A DNA stretch of 64,000 nt, taken from NCBI RefSeq assembly GCF_009914755.1, contig NC_060930.1; one strand, 5' to 3'. The notes under the pieces were generated by a model, which worked only from the letters and a program-made list of their open reading frames with translations, was not told the DNA's origin and searched no databases. Positions 57,095-64,000 of the stretch are shown here, one piece after another. The DNA comes from the human T2T-CHM13v2.0 reference genome, Homo sapiens. The translations under genes and the position numbers were made by a program. Every line of letters starts with the position of its first letter. Position 1 is the first letter of the stretch.

Positions 57095-58584
57095 TGATTA
57101 TTAGAATATGTTTATATATGAAGATATATTTAATAGTTACTTATTTCTTTTGATATCACATATGGATATGTATGCACGTGTGTGTAAAAATATGTGTGTA
57201 AAGTCTCAAAAAATAATCAGAGGTTATTTCAATAAAACACAATAAAACTTTCCTGATTTGTCATGACAATTGTATGCAGATATAAACTTTCTAATATCAC
57301 ATCTTTATATGGAAGTAGGTAACAATGTTATTGAGAGATCGTTGTTTATTTCTTAAAAATTATGTGTGCTAATGTAAATGTTCATATGTAGATGTAGGTA
57401 TTTAAAAGATGGCATATATTATAAACATATTTATTACAATGACAAGTAAGAACAATATATCAGAAATTTTACATATAAATACAGCACTAAATTTACCTGA
57501 GTTTAAAAAAAAAAGATTATTAGGTCATTGCCATTAATTTAAAATAATAATTATGTTTTGTTTTTACTGAGATAATTTTCTAATTCTTACTTCCTTTTCC
57601 TTTTATTTGAGTCCTTGGATCTGTAATTGCCTTGAATTTTTTTGGCCAATAAAATTTTCATGTCAGGTGCTTCTCTAAGAGGTGTTATAAATTTTTTCTC
57701 TCAAAGCTGACCCAAATGGGCCATGAGTTCACTTTTGAGACACATTTTGCTACAATACAGTCATCTTGTCTTAGAGTTATATGTGTAAACAGCCTTAAGC
57801 CTATAACTTTACTTATAATCACATATGATTCATTGGATTTGAAGTTCAAGCTTCTTAATTTTCTTTTTTTAATCAGCTTTTTCAGGTTGAAAAATCTTAA
57901 GCTCCAGATGTAGTTGAGTTTGATACCCACATCAAATATCATGTAGAAATTGCGTGTTTTACCCCTGTATACCAAATTTGAAAAGAAAACATCTTCCCAT
58001 TATACCAGAGAGAATAGTTTAAACTTAGTTTCCTCTCATGCATCATGCTACACTGGAATGTGTGACATGCTGTGCCAATAGACATTACATATGGAAACAG
58101 GAGAGAACTTTGAAGAGCTGACAGAAGGCTAGAGTGACTAAAGCAGACTGTACAAAGCCAAGAGAGTGGTAGGCAGGTCCAGACTTCCTTGGTCTTGGGC
58201 TATGGGAAAATAGCAGTCAGAAATAGACTTTCAGGACTTCAGCATCAGCTAAGTGAATAAGGAATGGCCAAATGCTTGAATGGGGAGTAGGGGAGGAGAC
58301 CAGTGCATATTTCAGCAATATTATCATGTGACAGCATTATTTAAGATGATTTTAAGTTCAGTCAGGGCAAATACACACACACAAACATATACGCGCGTGT
58401 GTGTATATGCATATGTATGTATTTTCTAGACACTTTCCTTCTTCCTCTTTGTCCTAAATTTCCATCTCTCAGGTGAACAGAATTCTTATTCTGCCTTCTT
58501 TATATTCAAGAACTCAACACTACAGCATCCCACCGTTACCTCAACTACTCTCCTTACCCAAATTAAAGTTAAATCTATGAGGAG

Positions 58585-59165
58585 TGTGTTAATTTCCTAA
58601 GGCTGCCATAATAAATAACCACAAACTGGGTGGCTTCAAACAACAAACATTTATTCTTTCACAATTCTGGAGGCTAGAAGTCCAAACTGAAGGTGTCGAT
58701 AGTGTCAGGCTTTCTCCGATGGCTCCAAAAAGAATCATTTCTTGCTCCCTCTATCTTCTGGTGGTTGCTAGCAAGTTTCTTGGTTTGTGGCAGCTTAACT
58801 ACAATCTCTGTTTCTTCTTTAATAGACTTCTTTCTGTGAGTCTGTGTGTCTCCAAAGCTCTCTCATATCACCAGTCATTGGATTTAGGGCCTAACCCTGT
58901 CCAGTGTGATTTTCATCTTTTTCTTTCCATCTTTTCTTTATTGACGTATATTTGATGGATGAAAATTGTATAAATAAGATATACAGCATGCTTTTGATAT
59001 ACATATACATAGTAAAATAATTACTATAATAAAGTTAATTGGTGGATCCATCTTAACTTGATTGCACTGGCAAATGATGTATTTCCCAATAAGGTCCCAT
59101 TCACAGGTACCAGGGGTTAAGACTTCAACATGTCTTTTAGGGGTGCCATAATTCAATGCACAACA
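58585..59165 (-). mobile_element. Solo MaLR LTR, MLT1C-like, split by an L1 3' end
   Basis: 'tttcctaaggctgccata...ccacaaactgggtggctt', 'ttctggaggctagaagtccaa', resumes near 59049 with 'aataaggtcccattcacaggtaccaggggttaagacttcaacat'. Confidence 0.87.
58918..59042 (-). mobile_element. L1MA-type 3' end nested in the MLT1C-like LTR
   Basis: 'tttattgacgtata...aaaattgtata...tatacagcatg...gatatacatatacatagtaaaataattact'; 'catctt' on both sides. Confidence 0.7.
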
Positions 59166-59687
59166 GGCGGCTAATCTCAGCTAAGTGTTTAGAAGGACAA
59201 CCACATTATCTGATTAAATCAATTTACATAAAAGTCAGAATAACACTGCCTTTCTAAAGAAGTTTATAACACAAATGTACTGAATAATGTACACACTGTT
59301 AAGGGTAAGAGCATTCCTAGTAACTGCTTTCTATCCAGAGCTTTCAACTTTCCACCTTCAGTAAACTCAAGGCCAAGGTTATATTTCTCTACCCATTTGC
59401 CAGAGTAGATCAGCTACGAAATGAAAAGGATACTTAAGCAGAAAATTTAGGTTGTGTATGTTATTTCCTTTTTCTTTAGTAATGTTTTCACTTTTAGAGT
59501 AAATATTTTAATATTATTTGACCAAATTATATGAAAAATGGCTTGATACTTTATTTTAATTTTCCCATGTTAAGATGAATTTAGATCTGCATATTTGCCA
59601 TACATGGTCCATATATGAAGGATAGATATAAAATATATGAAGGACATTGATGAAAAATGTTGGCAGTAGAAAACTACCCAAGTGTAA

Positions 59688-59997
<310 letters not shown>

Positions 59998-60042
59998 ACA
60001 CAAGTGTAAATTATTTTGTGTAGTTTTCTACACAAAATAGAA

Positions 60043-60076
60043 GGCAGGTACAGATTTTTTGGCAGGTACAGATTTT
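60043..60076. repeat. Tandem duplication, 18-bp period (GGCAGGTACAGATTTT x2)
   Basis: Copies at 60043 and 60061. Confidence 0.93.
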
Positions 60077-60937
60077 ATTTTTTCCAAAATACATTCTAAG
60101 TGTTTATTAGAAGAACAAATAAGAACAAAGATAAAGAGTCATCTCGAGGCTTCGTATCAGGCAATCTGGGTTCTTCCGTGCTTACTTAGAGTCAGATTTA
60201 TTCATAGTGGTGGAATGCTCACGCCTCTAAGGAATAAGTTCAGAAGAATGTGGTACTTTTATTTAGGCTATTAAAATCCTGAAATTCAAGTTTTAAAATG
60301 ATTCAAAAGGAGATAAATCTGTTTTAAAACAAAATGCATTTCTTTGTATGCAGTGAGTCAGAGTACTGCTTTGTGGTAAATTGCCTTATGTTCTGAACAA
60401 TATAATGTATTTCATTTTTAATAACTCAGTTTATTTGTAAACCATGTATTATTAACACATAGCTCAAACTATTGTATTTAATATAGAAATTGCAGTTAAA
60501 ATTGGAGTGGACTCTTTTTCTTTCCCAGAACATTCATTGTTTGAGGAGAATTTAACAAGGCATTTTGATTTTTAAAAATCCCTCATCAGTGTAAGCACAC
60601 CTTTAAAATAAAAATCATATTATTCTAAATTCAATTGCCATAGCATAAAATAGCTATTTAATATTTTTGCTAGGACTAGTATGTCTTCTTTGTTGATTAC
60701 AAAATACATACTATGCTAAATTTTATCATTTGATTATTGATTTCCCAAGAGCCTTTTGTCTAAATGAAAAGCTGTGTCTTAAGTTTTCTAATTAAAATTT
60801 ATAGTGATAGAATTATTTTTCATGCAGTTAATTTATACTCAAGAAGAGTTTTAACAGTTATTTAAATAATGATAAGTTTCTATAGTTTTTTTATTCAGTT
60901 GTTTTGAACACTCTGGAGCTGATCTCTTATTTTTCAC

Positions 60938-61117
60938 AGCATGATTCCCAAACATCTGCAACAAATTCCTCTAAAAATTAGGAACATTGTTAGATATGGA
61001 AATTCAGGATCTTACCCGTACCTATTATCAGCATCTCTGGAAATATACTTCATAAATATCTGTTTCTAATAAGCCATTAGATGATTCTTATGCCTATTAA
61101 ATTTTAAGAACCCAGTG
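60938..61117. mobile_element. MER5A-like hAT relic
   Basis: 'ttgttagatatggaaattcagg', 'atcagcatctctgg', 'gatgattcttatgc...ttttaagaacccagtg'. Confidence 0.7.
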
Positions 61118-61381
61118 TTAAAGAGAACAAACCAGTGTATCCTAACTTTTCTGACATTAGTGATCTCTAGACTTTGTAGTACATTGGGATAACCTGTTCA
61201 ATGAATGTCAGCTTCTTGTAGAAGAAGTCATCCAGGGGTCAGGAAAGAGAGAAAGCCTGAACTGCCTCTTACTACCCCTAGAGTTCTGGAGTTCTGGGAG
61301 CCTGACTGAAGATAGCAGGCAGCATGTATGGAGCTATGTCAATGAGAATGAGCCCAAGATAAATCATCACAATCCATCAAC

Positions 61382-61430
61382 CCTTCCTTCCTTCCTTCCT
61401 TCCTTCCTTCCTTCCTTCCTTCCTTCCTTC
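61382..61430. repeat. (CCTT)12, equivalent to (GGAA)12 on the minus strand
   Basis: Read directly; uninterrupted. Confidence 0.97.
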
Positions 61431-62139
61431 ATCTTCTTAATTCTTCCTCTATTTTTGTCAGAAGAATTGGGAGGGAGGGTTATTGGGAGAAGAGCAACAG
61501 CATATCAAAACCCTGCTTTATCTTATCTTGACGTCATTTAACACTCTTAAAAATATGTGCTTTTAAAAGGAAGTATTCAATTTTTTTCTTGTTATTGCCA
61601 TAGACAAAAAATTAATAAAGGGGTATGAAGTGTCACCAACTGTCTGACCCTGGCCTACTTTCCCAATCCCAGTTCCAAGAGGCATGTACTTCTTGGTGGG
61701 TGTGACTGTTATACAATCTTTGGCTGACTTTACCTCTTATCTCCTATCTTCAGATCCTTCTTCCTGGGAGGATTTTAACATGTAAGATGAGGAATTAAAA
61801 CACCATCTGAATAAGTATGAAGTGCATTGCAGTCTTTGGAAGCAACATGCAGAACTTAACCCAAACCTTATTCTATCCATCAGAAGCTCCCAGGCTACTG
61901 ACTGGTCTGTCTCTCCCAGGCCTGTTACAAGAAAAGTCATGGCTTATCATTCATCGGTTTAATTATTCCAAGACCCCCTTAGAGCTAGAGAAATGAAGAG
62001 ATGGAGTGCTTAAACTTGATTGATTTGATTGAAAGACACAAAGTATCAAACCATTTTTCAGACATATGTCTCAGTGAAATTAAAAAATAAAAAAATTCAT
62101 TTTGGTTTAAACCAGAATTTGGTAAACTACAGCACTTTA

Positions 62140-62302
62140 TGTATGTCTGCCTTCATATTACAAAAGCAGAGTGAAGCTGATGCAACATAAATTGTATAAT
62201 ATATGCGTACCTATAGGACATCTTTGAATTTGCCTCCTGGCCTACAATGCCTAAAATGTTTACCATATGGATCTCTAGGGCATAGCTTTGCTAACCTCTG
62301 GT
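62140..62302. mobile_element. MER58-like hAT relic
   Basis: 'ggcctacaatgcctaaaatgtttaccatatgg...tttgctaacctctg'. Confidence 0.55.
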
Positions 62303-63484
62303 CTAAATGAAAACATTCATGATTTATTTTCTCCAGCATCTGAAGGCAAAATATGCATCCACCGTATTCCATAAAAAATTATTCATACATGTCTTAAAAC
62401 TTGCATATTTTATTTTCTAACCCCCAGCATAAGACAACCATAAATGTGTAGGAACAACAGCCTTAGCCCCAACAACCACAACAGCACCTAACATAATAGG
62501 GATTCCATAAATGTTTTGATTAAATAAGTCTTTAAAAATATATGTACATTCTGCATTTTATTTACGATATACTGTCTCTCTATTTTAGAACAAATTTCAT
62601 TTTCTCCAATCTTTGAATAAAATAGATGCTTTAGGAAGAATGTACAAGGAGATTTCTAGTACTGCTTAAAGCTCAGGAGAAGAAGCTCAAGAATTTGTCC
62701 TGAAGTGTGCAAGTTTTAAAAGAACAAAGCAGCTTTCCCTTCCCCGAAATACATGTTGAAAATATTTCTATCGATAAAGTATATGTATAAATTTGGACAA
62801 ATCTATGTCAAACATCTATTATAACCATTACTAATCTGTATTCCAAGCATAAGTGTATTTTAAGTTCTTAAGACATTGATGTTTGTCAATGGTCCTAAGT
62901 GTTACTAATTCTGTCGCCTCCAGCAACTCAGCATGTAGAACAGACTATATCATTCAAGGCTAGCCTTCTACAGAACATCCAACCCTGTTCAACTCACGAG
63001 GATCTACATCCTATTCACTTTAACTATAGAGTCAAGACAGATCATTCAAGTGAGCTAAGTGAGAGAGAAGGAATAAGAAGAAAGCACAACCCTTGAAAGA
63101 TTTCAGATAATGAAAATAAACAAGAGCTGTAGAAGTAAGTACAAATCATGCACGTCTCTCATGGCCACTTTTTTTTTTTTTTTGTCAGATATTGCAAAGC
63201 TATGGACCTGGGGAGATGACCTTTAAATCATCTAGCTCAGAATTTGTTCCACAATAAAAAGCTTAAGAAATGTCCATTATTTCCCTCCCTTCTTCTCATT
63301 CATTCTCACTTGGCTTTGTTCTTTTCAGTCTAGGATTCTTATTCATATTTCTACCTAATGTAAAGAGCCAACCAACATTTTTTGGACTGTGAGGGGAAAA
63401 TTTTCTTTTCCATGTACATTTATGAAAAAGAAATTATTTAGAGCCAAATCATCCCATGTTGTATGCAAGAGGCAGACACATCAC

Positions 63485-63730
63485 ACCAAGAATGAGACTC
63501 TGGAATCAATCTGTCTGGGTTCCAGTCCAGCTGTACCACTTACAAGCTGAATGACCTTGGACAAATTGCTTAACCTCTCTGTGCATCACATTTCTCATCT
63601 CTAAAACTGGAATAGTACTACTTCATAAGCTCGTTGACAGGACTGAATGAGAACATATATGTATAGAACCCTTAAAATTGTGCCTGTATATAGTGAACAC
63701 TCTTTTATCACTACGTGTTATTATTATTAG
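63485..63730 (+). mobile_element. MIR
   Basis: 'gactctggaatc...ctgggttc...ccacttacaagctgaatgaccttggacaaattgcttaacctctctgtgc...tttctcatct'. Confidence 0.88.
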
Positions 63731-64000
63731 CGTTAATGAGAATCAAGCTCTCAGCATGACCCAGGGGTTCTCCAGCTCACCTTCACTGCCTTGTGCATGT
63801 CTTCCATTACACTCTCTACCACTCTGTTCCACAGAGGCCAATATGATATTAGTCCTAAAATGACATTATCCTTGTTATGCTTATCTTTGCTCATGCTGAA
63901 GTGCCTTGTCATTATTCAGTATTCACTTTGCATAACCTATTTTCCATTAAGCTTCCACCTTGCAAAATAGAATGCCACTACATTGTACCCGAAGCCAGAC

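Noticed and set aside
60186-60226. Minus-strand 41-nt exon-like segment
   Set aside because: Moderate sites only, internal AATAAA, no supporting context.

Overview
AT-rich (roughly one-third GC by eye), CpG-depleted primate genomic DNA, very probably human: one intact Alu carries what I recall as the AluYg6 diagnostic bases. I can support no protein-coding exon, CpG island, structural RNA gene or processed pseudogene. The listed ORFs are short chance ORFs or translations of Alu, LTR, L1 and microsatellite sequence. The window looks like a large intron or an intergenic L-isochore segment. It holds about 20 Alu or Alu-monomer copies, five solo MaLR LTRs (all on the minus strand), DNA-transposon relics (MER47/MER44/MER45/MER63/MER5-type), many old L1M, L2 and MIR fragments, short L1PA/PB 3' ends, microsatellites and several short duplications. 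I found no convincing new multi-gene system. The best leads are small-scale: a young AluYg6-like insertion, an Alu inserted into a 16-bp inverted repeat, a perfect 17-bp hairpin with a template-switch-like signature, a (GGAA)12 microsatellite next to a CRE and GATA pair, a DUX4 consensus site in an MLT1D LTR, and TE-poor blocks with clustered transcription-factor motifs. Repeat subfamily names come from memory of consensus sequences, and boundaries of old repeats are approximate.
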